64,000 nucleotides of DNA from Macrostomum lignano (Eukaryota), in NCBI GenBank assembly GCA_002269645.1, contig NIVC01001176.1, positions 1 through 64,000 on the forward strand. Direction: 5' to 3'. Shown piece by piece: positions 42,801-53,565 of the stretch; position 1 is the stretch's first letter; every line of letters starts with the position of its first letter. The notes below the pieces were generated by a model, which saw only the letters and a program-made list of their open reading frames with translations, did not search any database and was not told the DNA's origin. Both the position numbers and the translations under genes were made by a program.

Positions 42801-43151
42801 TCCAGTCTAGAGCCGCCTAGTTTTGAACACTGCACCGAAGTGATCACCCGCGGCCTGGGCATTCACGCCGCTTCGCCTACCGAACGCTCCAGCCCGGAGG
42901 ACGATTGCACCAGCTCGGACTCGTGCCCGGACCAGTTTCGCAGCCGGTTGTACTTTAAAACTATGCGCCCCGGATCCATGACGATGCAGTCGGCGGCGCC
43001 AGCTCCTGCTGCTAATCCGATGCCGCCGCCGCCGCCCCCGCCGCCGCCGCTGCAGTACCAACAGCAGCAGCAGATGCCGCACCAAAATCCTCGCATCCTT
43101 CAGCAAGCCTGTGCTGAAGAACGGTCCCAGCCTCCTGCTCCAAAGCGTTGA
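36877..43151 (+). CDS. Nuclear hormone receptor, ERR-like (NR3B-like), 3 coding exons: 36877-37183, 38629-38745, 41893-43151 (560 aa)
   Basis: Two C4 zinc fingers split by a phase-1 intron: [30 protein letters not shown] / [39 protein letters not shown] / [16 protein letters not shown]. The P-box CEACKS and T-box VRxDRxRGGR resemble ERR. The LBD includes [29 protein letters not shown] and [15 protein letters not shown]. Exon lengths sum to 1683 nt = 561 codons. AATAAA at about 43379. Confidence 0.88.
37495..38246. repeat. 41-bp minisatellite in nuclear receptor intron 1
   Basis: Unit gacatccgggtctatcaaagtgcatagcaggatgctatcat. A lone diverged unit sits at about 37193-37225, next to the splice donor. 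Confidence 0.95.
38885..39640. repeat. 43-bp minisatellite in nuclear receptor intron 2
   Basis: Unit gagcttatgactgtcatcctgaaatcctcatagatctcctaat. Confidence 0.95.
39948..40228. repeat. 36-bp minisatellite in nuclear receptor intron 2
   Basis: Unit ccctgctcccatcaggaggatccttcagaaggcagt. Confidence 0.92.
40915..41812. repeat. 14-16 bp minisatellite (gtgactgtgtgtaatt) in nuclear receptor intron 2
   Basis: Direct inspection. Confidence 0.95.
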
Positions 43152-43796
43152 ACATGGTGACGGTAGTGGCAGCATATTGCTTGTTATTAATCTATTATCA
43201 TTCTTTAAAATGGACCAAAAAGATGAACTTGTCGGTAAAAAAGATTGAGTTGAATGCATAAACCTGTACTGCATCAAACCCGAATTTGCCCACCTATCTA
43301 TACAAATCATCAGCTATAAGCTTTAATTGTCTCGGCGCTTGTCTGTTACATGTCAATTGTACGGAGTCGTTTCTTTTCAAATAAAAGCTGTGTAGTTTTC
43401 TTTAAGAAAGTTTTTATTCTGACTTTTGTCTGGCCCGCCCTTTATTGTTGTGTGGACACGATTGCAGTGGTTTCCATTCATCATATTTATTATATTTTCC
43501 ACTAGATTCGTCGCTTTTCTGTTTCCATATTTCAAAGTTAGATATTTTTGGCGCTGTTTTTGTACAGATCGATCTGTTTCTGTCTATCGTTTCTCTCTTG
43601 CCAATATTATGCCATCTTATTTTTACCCAGTGTTCAATGCTATTTGTGTGAAAGCATTTTAACATAATAATTAAAGGACTGAGAATATAATTAATTTCCC
43701 CTAAAGTTTGCTTGTTGTCAACAATTTGCTGTATTTGCTGTACTTGAATAATATATCAAATCTAGCAATCTGAGACTGAATAGCAGGAATTCGTTG

Positions 43797-43923
43797 TAGT
43801 CTATGGCCAACCCTGGCTTCAGCCTAGCATTTTCGGCACGCCTAGCAAGCAAAGTGGGAATTTTTTCAAGCTAAGTGAGAAACATATTAGAAACATGTAA
43901 ACATATGGGTTGGCCATAGACTA
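43797..43923. mobile_element. Small MITE, 127 bp, with 17-bp perfect TIRs
   Basis: tagtctatggccaaccc ... gggttggccatagacta. Confidence 0.65.
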
Positions 43924-43999
43924 TAACGCATTCTTGCTATTCAGTCTCAGATTGATAGAAAAAAGTCACTTAGCATACAAAAACCAGTAGTCAAAGAAT

Positions 44000-44075
44000 A
44001 AAAGCTTTTGTCAGCCAATTTGATAATTAAGCCATTGCCATTTGGCAGCTGTAGATTTGGTCTTTGCCCATAGCC

Positions 44076-44150
<75 letters not shown>

Positions 44151-44300
44151 TGCTGCTCTCATCCTTCTTTGTACCGATGTCTATGGCAGAATCACCAACC
44201 TGCTTGCCTTGTTCCGTTTATGTTTATGTCTATGGGCAGGACCAAGTCAACTGCTGTCAAAAGCAATGCTGCGCACACAGATATTTGTAGTAGATGTTTA
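44000..44300 (+). mobile_element. Microsatellite-containing interspersed repeat ((ACAG)n(AG)n core). Related segments: 28397-28570 (plus) and 52300-52410 (minus)
   Basis: ttgctgctctcatccttctttgt.ccgatgtc.atggcagaat...gtttatgtctatgggca..accaagtcaactgctg..aaaagcaatgctgcgcacacaga follows (AG)n at both 44145 and 28397. Inverted ccatagac/gtctatgg motifs flank the core. Confidence 0.65.
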
Positions 44301-45029
44301 TGGTTAGAGAAGCGTATTGTGCTTGTTATTTTCTGTTTTTAGAATTTAAAAGAGAAACGGAGCCTCTGTAAGATTTTCTAACGCAGTTCAGAATATTATA
44401 GCTTTCTATAGCTAACTATTGATAATATAGTTGTGTTACATAATTGTTGTTTGTCCTCTGTCTGATTGTGCCAAGTTCGCTTTATTGTGCTGCCATGCAT
44501 GTAAATTCTATGTGCTTTTTGATCTATCTATATACACTAATATCTATTCATCTTATATTGTCTGTTTTAATTAGCTATTGTTAAAGCGCTGCAGACAGAT
44601 TTTTTGCACAGTCTACTACAATGGGAGCTTTTTTTCATACTTGATGTATTGCGCGTATCTACTGTAACTGCTCCTTTTTGTACGTCCTCTGAAATCGCTT
44701 TTTTCTAAAATAGATCCCCAAAATGGGTTCCTTGCGATTTTACTCATCAATAGTTGCTATCTCGATTGCTGATCCCTATTTCTCTCTGAGATCTTGTTGT
44801 CTGGTTGCGCCCGAGAAAATATATAAACTAAGCATACCCGTACTGTGAGTAGACAATATTATAGTTACACTAAGTTAATGGCTGCCAATATATACATGCA
44901 TATGTATGTCTGTCTATGTTTTTTCTTTGTCATATATAAGAATAAACTATTGAGCACAACAATGTATTTGCTGTTAAAACTTTCATCTTTCGTTCCACCT
45001 TGTCATTGATTTCTTTTTCATGCAGGCTT

Positions 45030-45980
45030 ATGCCAGTATGGGACACAGACAGTGCAGTGAATGCCAGTGTAGGACACATACAGTGAGTGAATGCCAGTGT
45101 TGTAGGACACATACAGTGAGTGGATGCCAGTATGGGACACAGACAGTGGGTGAATGCCAGTATGGGACACAGACAGTGCAGTGAATGCCAGTATGGGACA
45201 CAGACAGTGGGTGAATGCCAGTATGGGACACAGACAGTGCAGTGAATGCCAGTGTAGGACACATACAGTGAGTGAATGCCAGTGTTGTAGGACACATACA
45301 GTGAGTGGATGCCAGTATGGGACACAGACAGTGGGTGAATGCCAGTATGGGACACAGACAGTGCAGTGAATGCCAGTATGGGACACAGACAGTGGGTGAA
45401 TGCCAGTATGGGACACAGACAGTGCAGTGAATGCCAGTATGGGACACAGACAGTGGGTGAATGCCAGTATGGGACACAGACAGTGGGTGAATGCCAGTAT
45501 AGGACACAGACAGTGAGTGAATGCCAGTATGGGACACAGACAGTGAGTGAATGCCAGTATAGGACACAGACAGTGAGTGAATGCCAGTGTAGGACACAGA
45601 CAGTGAGTGAATGCCAGTATAGGACACAGACAGTGAGTGAATGCCAGTGTAGGACACAGACAGTGGGTGAATGCCAGTGTAGGACACAGACAGTGAGTGA
45701 ATGCCAGTATAGGACACAGACAGTGAGTGAATGCCAGTATAGGACACAGACAGTGAGTGAATGCCAGTGTAGGACACATAAAGTGAGTGAATGCCAGTGT
45801 AGGACACAGACAGTGAGTGAATTTCAGTATAGGCAGTGAGTAAATGCCAGTGTAGGACACAGAGTGCAGTGAATGCCAGTATTGAACACAGTGCAGTGAA
45901 TGCCAGTAAGGACGCAAGCAGTGAGTGAGCATAGGACGCAGGTAGTGCAGTGAGTTAATGCCAGCATAGGACTCAGACAC
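45030..45980. repeat. 30-bp minisatellite (gaatgccagtatgggacacagacagtgagt)
   Basis: Direct inspection. It causes ORFs 45018-45980 and others. Confidence 0.95.
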
Positions 45981-46731
45981 TGTAGGGACTGAGTGTATTA
46001 TATGACTAGTACGGCTATATTACCAAATTGAATGCAGTCTTCTAATGGATAGCGTTTGTTGTACTTAGAATTCATCCATTTCTATTCATTTCTTGCAGCA
46101 ATTTGTGTGGCTTGACCCGTTTACAAAAATAGCTAGTAACTAGAAAAGTGCAACATTAAGTTCCTGGCCGTTAAGGTTAGCCAAATTTGGCTAACTGTAC
46201 GCCAGCCTTGGCGCGTGTACGCCTGAATGCCTTATTAGTTGCCTGTACGGCAGTAGAAGTTATTGAATTGAACGCATTGTACTCTGTTGATAAGTACTCG
46301 TACTGTTAGGGGAAGAGAGTGAGGACAGGGACAGGGGGGGGGATGTAATGCGTCTCTGGAAACACCCGGAGGCTAGTGTCGGATTGGTACACAGAGATGC
46401 GAGTGAGAAGAAGCGCATGAGCAGCAGCTGGTGCCTGGGTAGGTGCTGGGTGGGTGGCCAAGTATCCATGCGCTTCGTGACTGAGAGGTACAACCTTGAC
46501 GATCTATATAGTGCGTGTTAGCTAGGGCATGTTCTGTTTCTCTGTCTACCTTGCCCGCAAATTTGTGTGCAACCTCTTCAGGTCTTTCTTCACTCCTCAC
46601 CTTTCTTGTCCTTGCCCATTACAAAGCGATCCCAACCCCGTGAATGCGCGCGACTGTCTACTGCACTGAGTAGTGTGCAGTATAGCGGGTTCATCTTAGT
46701 GCAATTTCGTACCATTATAGCATTTTCTTAT

Positions 46732-47275
46732 GTAGGACTGGCACACCCTCATCCTAGAGTAGGACTGGCACACCCTCATCCTAAAGTAGGACTGGCACAC
46801 CCTCATCCTAAAGTAGGACTGGCACACCCTCATCCTAAAGTAGGACTGGCACACCCTCATCCTAGAGTAGGACTGGCACACCCTCATCCTAAAGTAGGAC
46901 TGGCACACCCTCATCCTAAAGTAGGACTGGCACACCCTCATCCTAAAGTAGGACTGGCACACCCTCATCCTAAAGTAGGACTGGCACACCCTCATCCTAA
47001 AGTAGGACTGGCACACCCTCATCCTAAAGTAGGACTGGCACACCCTCATCCTAAAGTAGGACTGGCACACCCTCATCCTAGAGTAGGACTGGCACACCCT
47101 CATCCTAGAGTAGGACTGGCACACCTTCATAAAATCATTAGAGTAGGACTGGCACACCTTCAAAAAATCATAGAGTAGGACTGGCACACCCTCATCCTAA
47201 AGTAGGACTGGCACACCTTCATAAAATCATAGAGTAGGACTGGCACACCTTCATAAAATCATAGAGTAGGACTGA
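46732..47275. repeat. 27-bp minisatellite (gtaggactggcacaccctcatcctaaa)
   Basis: Direct inspection. Confidence 0.95.
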
Positions 47276-47489
47276 CATGCTTCTCTAATCCTCACGCAGT
47301 TACTAGAATAACTACTATCAGTAAGAATAGTAGTAAGTTACTACTATTCAGTTCAGTAGAAAGTTAAACAGAAGCACATTAGTGTATTTTTAAAGGCAAG
47401 GCTGTTTTATTGGCTCATACCCCCCTCTTAGCTTAAAACCCTCTCCAACCACACAAAACCTCTACCTCCGCCCACAAGTACTAGAATAA

Positions 47490-47895
47490 CTACATAGGTC
47501 ACTCAGCACATTTGCGTGTAAGCTACTTTCAGTTCGATTAGTAGGTTAGACGGAAGCATTTTGATGTATTTTTAAAGCCAATACTCATTTATTGGCTCTT
47601 ACCCCCAGCTTAAACCCTCCAATCCCGCCTTTCCACACTACTCCCCGACCCGCCCCAATTTTATTGCCTTTCTCGGAATTGCAGCCTAAAGCTGCCATGT
47701 ACATTTCAGTGGACTGGCTAATGTACATTATTGCTGAACCAATTAGCAAGTTGTTTACGCCTGCAAGCTTGGGCTTCTAAACTTATCAAAGTCATTTCAG
47801 CTGCCTCTATTCTTATAAAATAGCTTATGTATTCTTCTTTGCTACTGAACTAAAAGTAGAAAGCTGTTTTACTAAGTATACATGCCTGAGTAGCT
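47490..47895 (-). mobile_element. Second copy of the 1706-2100 MITE; a partial related copy lies at about 47290-47480
   Basis: 47655-47890 aligns by eye at high identity to the reverse complement of 1715-1950. Termini ggtcactcag ... ctgagtagc. Confidence 0.7.
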
Positions 47896-47952
47896 CAATC
47901 TAGTTTAAGTATCTCTTGGCTGGACTGACAACTCTCCAACTCCATCCCGCAG

Positions 47953-48759
47953 CTGCAGTCGCGCCTAGTCTGGCTGCTTCATCCGCCGCCTCCGCCTCCT
48001 CCGCAGTCCGACAGCCGAAGCCTTCATGACCTTGACAACGGCGCCACTCCCTCCGTCAATCCGCTTGCGCGATCCGTCACTGAAGCCGCCTCGGACGCGC
48101 GTCTCGACGCCCACCTGACGCCGGCCAGGTTTCGCCAGCTCCTCGAACTGATGCTGACTGTCGAGCAGCAGCCTGACGAAGCCTCCGAAGACATCTGCTG
48201 CTGCTGCTGTTGCTCTGACAACTCCACTGTCACCGACTGTCCGCGCCTTGCCATTCAAGACGCCGTCCGCAAAAACATCTTGGCTCTAGCGCGAGTCAAC
48301 CTGTCCTTAGCAACCGGTGCTGATTGGCTATTAAGCTTCCCTAGCAACCGGCCTGGCAGGCGTAAAGCTCTGCTCTGGGAGCTGCTGCTTCTGCTACTGC
48401 TGCCGCCGTCGGCATCAAGTGAGCGGCGTCGGAGACGGCTGGACCGATTCGCTGCAGCCGGATTGCACTGGCTGGTCGATGACAGCCCGGCAGGCGGTGA
48501 TCTAGTCTGCTCAGCCCTGCCCTGCCTGCGTCCGCTGCTGCGGTCTCTGGTGCGCCTGCGGACTGGCGGCGCGGAGGCGGCGCCGACAGCTGCTGCGTCA
48601 GTCGTGGCGTCGGCCGCCTCAGCCGCTTCGGAGTTCGCGCCGGCTCGGCTGCTTTGCGAGCTTCTTCGGCCGAGCGCTGAACAACTGCTGTCGCTTCTGC
48701 GACCGTCGGAGGCGCGGCTGTTGGCTCTGACTGTGGGGCACCTTGATAGGCCGGCTTAA
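47953..48759 (+). CDS. Probable coding exon of an unidentified gene (269 codons, ends in TAA); upstream exons not identified
   Basis: GC-rich open frame beginning after an acceptor-like ccatcccgcAG: LQSRLVWLLHPPPPPPPQSD...LDAHLTPARFRQLLELMLTVEQQPDEASEDICCCCCC...RLLALTVGHLDRPA*. The in-register antisense frame is rich in G/V/A/D/L codons, as expected if this plus frame has GC-rich third positions. No family recognised. Confidence 0.5.
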   Translation: MQSRLVWLLHPPPPPPPQSDSRSLHDLDNGATPSVNPLARSVTEAASDARLDAHLTPARFRQLLELMLTVEQQPDEASEDICCCCCCSDNSTVTDCPRLAIQDAVRKNILALARVNLSLATGADWLLSFPSNRPGRRKALLWELLLLLLLPPSASSERRRRRLDRFAAAGLHWLVDDSPAGGDLVCSALPCLRPLLRSLVRLRTGGAEAAPTAAASVVASAASAASEFAPARLLCELLRPSAEQLLSLLRPSEARLLALTVGHLDRPA

Positions 48760-48768
48760 ATTCCTCAA

Positions 48769-49575
48769 CTGAGTAGCCATAATCCCTGATCCCCAATCTG
48801 AGTAGCCATAATCCCTGATCCCCAATCCAAGTAGCCATAATCCCTGATCCCCAATCTGAATAGCCATAATCCCTGATCCCCAATCTGAGTAGCCATAATC
48901 CCTGATCCCCAATCTGAGTAGCCATAATCCCTGATCCCCAATCTGAGTAGCCATAATCCCTGATCCCCAATCTGAGTAGCCATAATCCCTGATCCCCAAT
49001 CTGAGTAGCCATAATCCCTGATCCCCAATTCAAGTAGCCATAATCCCTGATCCCCAATCTGAATAGCCATAATCCCTGATCCCCAATCTGAGTAGCCATA
49101 ATCCCTGATCCCCAATCTGAGTAGCCATAATCCCTGATCCCCAATCTGAGTAGCCATAATCCCTGATCCCCAATTCAAGTAGCCATAATCCCTGATCCCC
49201 AATCTGAATAGCCATAATCCCTGATCCCCAATCTGAGTAGCCATAATCCCTGATCCCCAATCAGAGTAGCCATAATCCCTGATCCCCAATCTGAGTAGCC
49301 ATAATCCCTGATCCCCAATCTGAGTAGCCATAATCCCTGATCTCCAATCTGAGTAGCCATAATCCCTGATCCCCAATCTGAGTAGCCATAATCCCTGATC
49401 CCCAATCTGAGTAGCCATAATCCCTGATCCCCAATCAGAGTAGCCATAATCCCTGATCCCCAATCTGAGTAGCCATAATCCCTGATCCCCAATCAGAGTA
49501 GCCATAATCCCTGATCCCCAATCTGAGTAGCCATAATCCCTGATCCCCAATCTGAGTAGCCATAATCCCTGATCC
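48769..49575. repeat. 29-bp minisatellite (gagtagccataatccctgatccccaatct)
   Basis: Direct inspection. It begins 10 nt after the TAA at 48759. Confidence 0.95.
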
Positions 49576-50224
49576 TATTTTATATAATCCCACAATAAAG
49601 CGATATCTGGTGATAAAAATTGCTTTCTGAATTATATTGCATTTTGTACATTTCATACTACTGTCAGCTGTCAGTAGTTATTTAGCCATTCATGTTCACT
49701 TTCCTATCTATTTTTTGAGTTTGTCTGACTGAAGCTGTCGCTTTCGTGTCTGTATTGCAACAGATAAATACAAAACATATTTTGCTATACGAAATTGAAC
49801 GCAATTTAATTAATTCAAATGTCACAATATTTAGATATTTCAGATATTGACTTGTTTTTAAAAAGTTTATCTTCCGTTTGAAAGGCACCGTCTCTTGGTT
49901 GATCGCTGGCTAAGAAAATATTCATTACAAATCCTCGTTACTTTGTACTCGTTACAAATAAATACAGAGGACATTTAAACTGACTTTGTGTCTACAGGAA
50001 CGTCAGTCAGTCCTTCTTGGTCCTCACCCTGCTTGCCGTATCCGAAAACCAGGACAATTTCATAAGCTTGCTTTAATTGCTGCTAATTTTAGAAATTTTA
50101 ATTAGACTTAAAAAGAATTTTTAACACGACAGGGGTATTCTCGCTTCAGATTATGAACGATACCTTGCTGTTAATAATTAAAGACACGGAATTAAGGCAT
50201 TGCGCTCCTAATGGTGACACAGTG

Positions 50225-50607
50225 GAATCAGTCCTCAGATAATGGCACAATGGCATCAGTCCTCAGATAGTGGCACAATGGCATCAGTCCTCAGATAGTG
50301 GCACAATGGCATCAGTCCTCAGATAGTGGCACAATGGCATCAGTCCTCAGATAGTGGCACAATGGCATCAGTCCTCAGATAGTGGCACAATGGCATCAGT
50401 CCTCAGATAATGGCACAGTGGCATCAGTCCTCAGATAATGGCACAGTGGCATCAGTCCTCAGATAGTGGCACAATGGCATCAGTCCTCAGATAATGGCAC
50501 AGTGGCATCAGTCCTCAGATAGTGGCACAGTGGCATCAGTCCTCAGATAGTGGGCACAGTGGCATCAGTCCTCAGATAGTGGCACAATGGCATCAGTCCT
50601 CAGATAA
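50225..50607. repeat. 28-bp minisatellite (atcagtcctcagatagtggcacaatggc)
   Basis: Direct inspection. Confidence 0.95.
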
Positions 50608-51321
50608 TGGGAAGCTCACCTTTTGATGACATTGACTGCCTTCTTAATGCACGAGTTCCTTTAGTATGGCTGCTAAAGTGATATCTTATTTTGTTATCGA
50701 GATGGCATGCAGCACAATTTTAGACGAACATACACAGTGTCTTCTGCTCCGTGTTCATGGGCTCGGTTAAGAATCGCTTTCTAATGACGTCATCGTTCAC
50801 CTGTCAATCCTTCACCTTGTAGCGCGTATTCCTCGTATATTATTGGCCTTAGAAAGTCTCAGCTTTCAGTCTCAAAAGCACGCCAAAGTTTGATATGGAT
50901 CTTATACATTTTGCGTATTAAACTTGAGAACCAGGCTGACTGTAAACGATATCAAGTTTGGTATCATTTATTACTTCAAATTTTTATAGTTGCTAACCGC
51001 CCCCCCGTGTATTAGCATTGAAGTGAAAGATTACGAGGGCCTGTATCATCAGATATTCTGATTGCCGTGTCAGCTTAAACACACTGGAAAAAATAAAATA
51101 GCTGAAGTTTAGGCCAGAGACTAAAAGAATATATCCCAAGGACTTCTTAATCACTCACGACGAGAAATTCGCAAATCATGATCGTTCCATAGTCTCCACC
51201 TGTAGCAATACACTCCTCCCATGGCTTGAGCATTCCGGTCAATCGCATCAGAGCAGCATTGTCTTGAAAGACCTTAGCGGAATGGGCGATCCTGGCCAAC
51301 CATCCTGCAGCTAAGTCAAGT

Positions 51322-51821
51322 CTTAAAAGACCATGGCGTCAGACCTTGCCTGCCAAATGATCCCTGCTGGCATCAGGGATGACCCAAAATATACGAGATT
51401 GAATCCGCCCTGCGCAGGGCCCTGCTTGGACTCAACCGCAGGGACATCAGGGCGGTGGCCATGGCCCTCTCGGGTCATGGCTGTTTTGCCAGGCATCGTC
51501 ACCTCCAGGGAAAAATCCGCAGTGAGGAATGCCCTTTCTTCCTCTCCGCGGTGTCGAGAATGTGGGGCACTTTATCTGTGAATGCCCCGCCTTTACTCAG
51601 GTCAGGCTCACCTACCTCGGCCCAAACCCGGACCTCTCCGACGTTTTCAGGCCCGAGAATCTCTGCCAGCTCGTCCGCTACCTAAGGGCTACCGGGCGAG
51701 CGACAGTCCACCTCCTGGACTCTCCGGAGGGACCACGCTGCGGACACCGGCACCACCGGAACTCCTTGCGCGACACCGCAGCACTAGCGTCTCCTCGCTG
51801 TTTCCGGACGCACGGAGCCCT
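51322..51821 (+). mobile_element. 5'-truncated non-LTR retrotransposon (LINE) 3' end, frameshifted
   Basis: [23 protein letters not shown], then in another frame [22 protein letters not shown]...[10 protein letters not shown]: the C-terminal CCHC zinc-knuckle region typical of LINE RT ORFs. Flanked by the 17-bp direct repeat ctgcagctaagtcaagt (51305-51321, 51822-51838). Confidence 0.7.
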
Positions 51822-52066
51822 CTGCAGCTAAGTCAAGTAAGTCAAATACGAGATTGAATTTATTACAGAGAAGAAATTTGCGGCTTTAAACTGACACAAT
51901 TTTAAGTATAACCTTGTTTCATTTTTTCTCTGGGATTAAGTGTCAACAAACTTTCCGGACGCACCTCATATCTCGACGCTTCGCTCGAATCCAAATAATT
52001 AAAATACAGCCTCGACACTCTGACCAAAGAAGGTCAAATTAGAATTGCTTTTGTCAGCCAAGTTGG

Positions 52067-52294
52067 TACACCTTTTCACGTTCAATTTTGAACAAAGTCC
52101 AGTTCTAAAAAAACTAGCGGAAATTCAATTCAGACAATTCCGACTGGGGACAATTTTGTCTATGGCTAAACCTCGCTTCCGTAGCAGAATGTTTTGAACT
52201 GGGTTTTGTTGCCCCAGTCTGAATTGTCTGAATTGAATTTCCGCTAGTTTTTTTAAAACTGGACTTTGTTCAAAATCGAACGTGAAAAGGTGTA
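52067..52294. mobile_element. MITE or foldback element: 83-bp near-perfect inverted arms with a ~60 bp spacer and TA at both ends
   Basis: tacaccttttcacgttcaattttgaacaaagtccag...gactgggg (52067-52149) versus ccccagtc...cgtgaaaaggtgta (52212-52294). Confidence 0.75.
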
Positions 52295-53565
52295 GTAAAG
52301 CCAACCAAGTTGTGGGTCTTGCCCATAGACATAGACGGAAAAGGCGAGCAAGTTGATGATTCGGCCATAGACATCAGCACAACGAAGGATGCCAGCAGCA
52401 GCCTCTCAAACGACGTCTCATGATTTTTGAGGGCCTGGGCCGAAGAGCCCAAATTTAATTGTCAAAGTTTTGTCTATGGCACTTATTATTAAGCCAAAAG
52501 TCAAAATATTACGCACATAGCTGGTGTCTCAATCGATGCTTTTGAAAAGCAAGCTAAAACTTCCTCTACGTGAGGTGTTCTATTTTATTTAGTTAGCTCT
52601 CAACTGTTAGAAGAATTACCTGTACTAAGAGAAACAAATTGGCAAGCATTGGTCGCGCTGGAAGTACGCGGACAAGCTCCTCTTCTTCAACTCTTACTGC
52701 ATGGCCCCTGGGCAAAGTTGCCTGAGTCAATACGCGTTTGTTTTTGCTTCCTAAAGCGCTTGCTGCTTCTGCTGTTGCTGCTGCTAAAAGTCGGGCGCAA
52801 GCAAAGTTTCCTCTAGTCTAGCGGATGCAGAGAAAAGCCCGGCCGCTGAGCCCAGTGGAGGCGAATTTCGGTGCCGTTGACACGCGAAATCCTGTCGATT
52901 CCGCTAGGGAAAGCCTTCGCCTTATTGCCCCGATTTCTTGCCGCATCGGCAAGACAAAGCGGGGGCCCCAGTTCGCCCCGACTCCCATTTCTTCTTTATC
53001 CCTCCGGGAGCCTTCTCTGGGGCTTCCGTCTTCCCCTGCTTCCAGGCCCGTTCTTCCTGCTCCCTGATCCCCCCGGCGGGCTCAACTTCTCATAACTCCG
53101 ACGGCAACTTCCAGACATCGTTAATGAAGCATCTGGCTATCACTTACATGGAGATTAGGGATACAGAATGAGCAGGGAGTCAGAAAATGGTTCCCTTTTC
53201 GCTCTGATTGTCCGTCATCTTATCCCTGTTGTCCTTGGGGCTCTGTCGATAGTTTTGAGTTGCCTGGCAATTCTTATGGAGCCCGTCTCTCTCTCTCTCT
53301 CTCACTTGAGTTGAGTCCCCGGGCCCATTGGCTGCCTCAGCCAAAAAGCGGCTAACCACCCTCCTCCCGCGCTGGTCGAGGCTGCTGCTGCTGCCGGCCC
53401 CGCCTCCTCGCCTTCCTCTTATATTGCAGAGTCGCCTTCTTATTCATCTCCCACTAGCAACAGGCTGGCTGGATAGGATTCAGCCAATATCTGGTCTCCG
53501 AGCTCAGCAACAGCAGCTCAGAATCCGGCCTGCAACCTACTCAACCATCTGAGCCTAACAAAGGG

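Noticed and set aside
47965-48760. Minus-strand frame with in-frame TGA codons (FLRTAS*MARRGQ...SRS*) as a read-through or selenoprotein gene
   Set aside because: The S/R/A/T/G-rich composition is what the shifted antisense frame of a GC3-rich plus-strand exon gives. No SECIS was seen.
45018-49656. Long repetitive ORFs (LAFTHCLCPI, VGLAHPHPK, MGIRDYGYSDWGSG)
   Set aside because: Products of the 30-, 27- and 29-bp minisatellites, open in several frames with no codon-level constraint.
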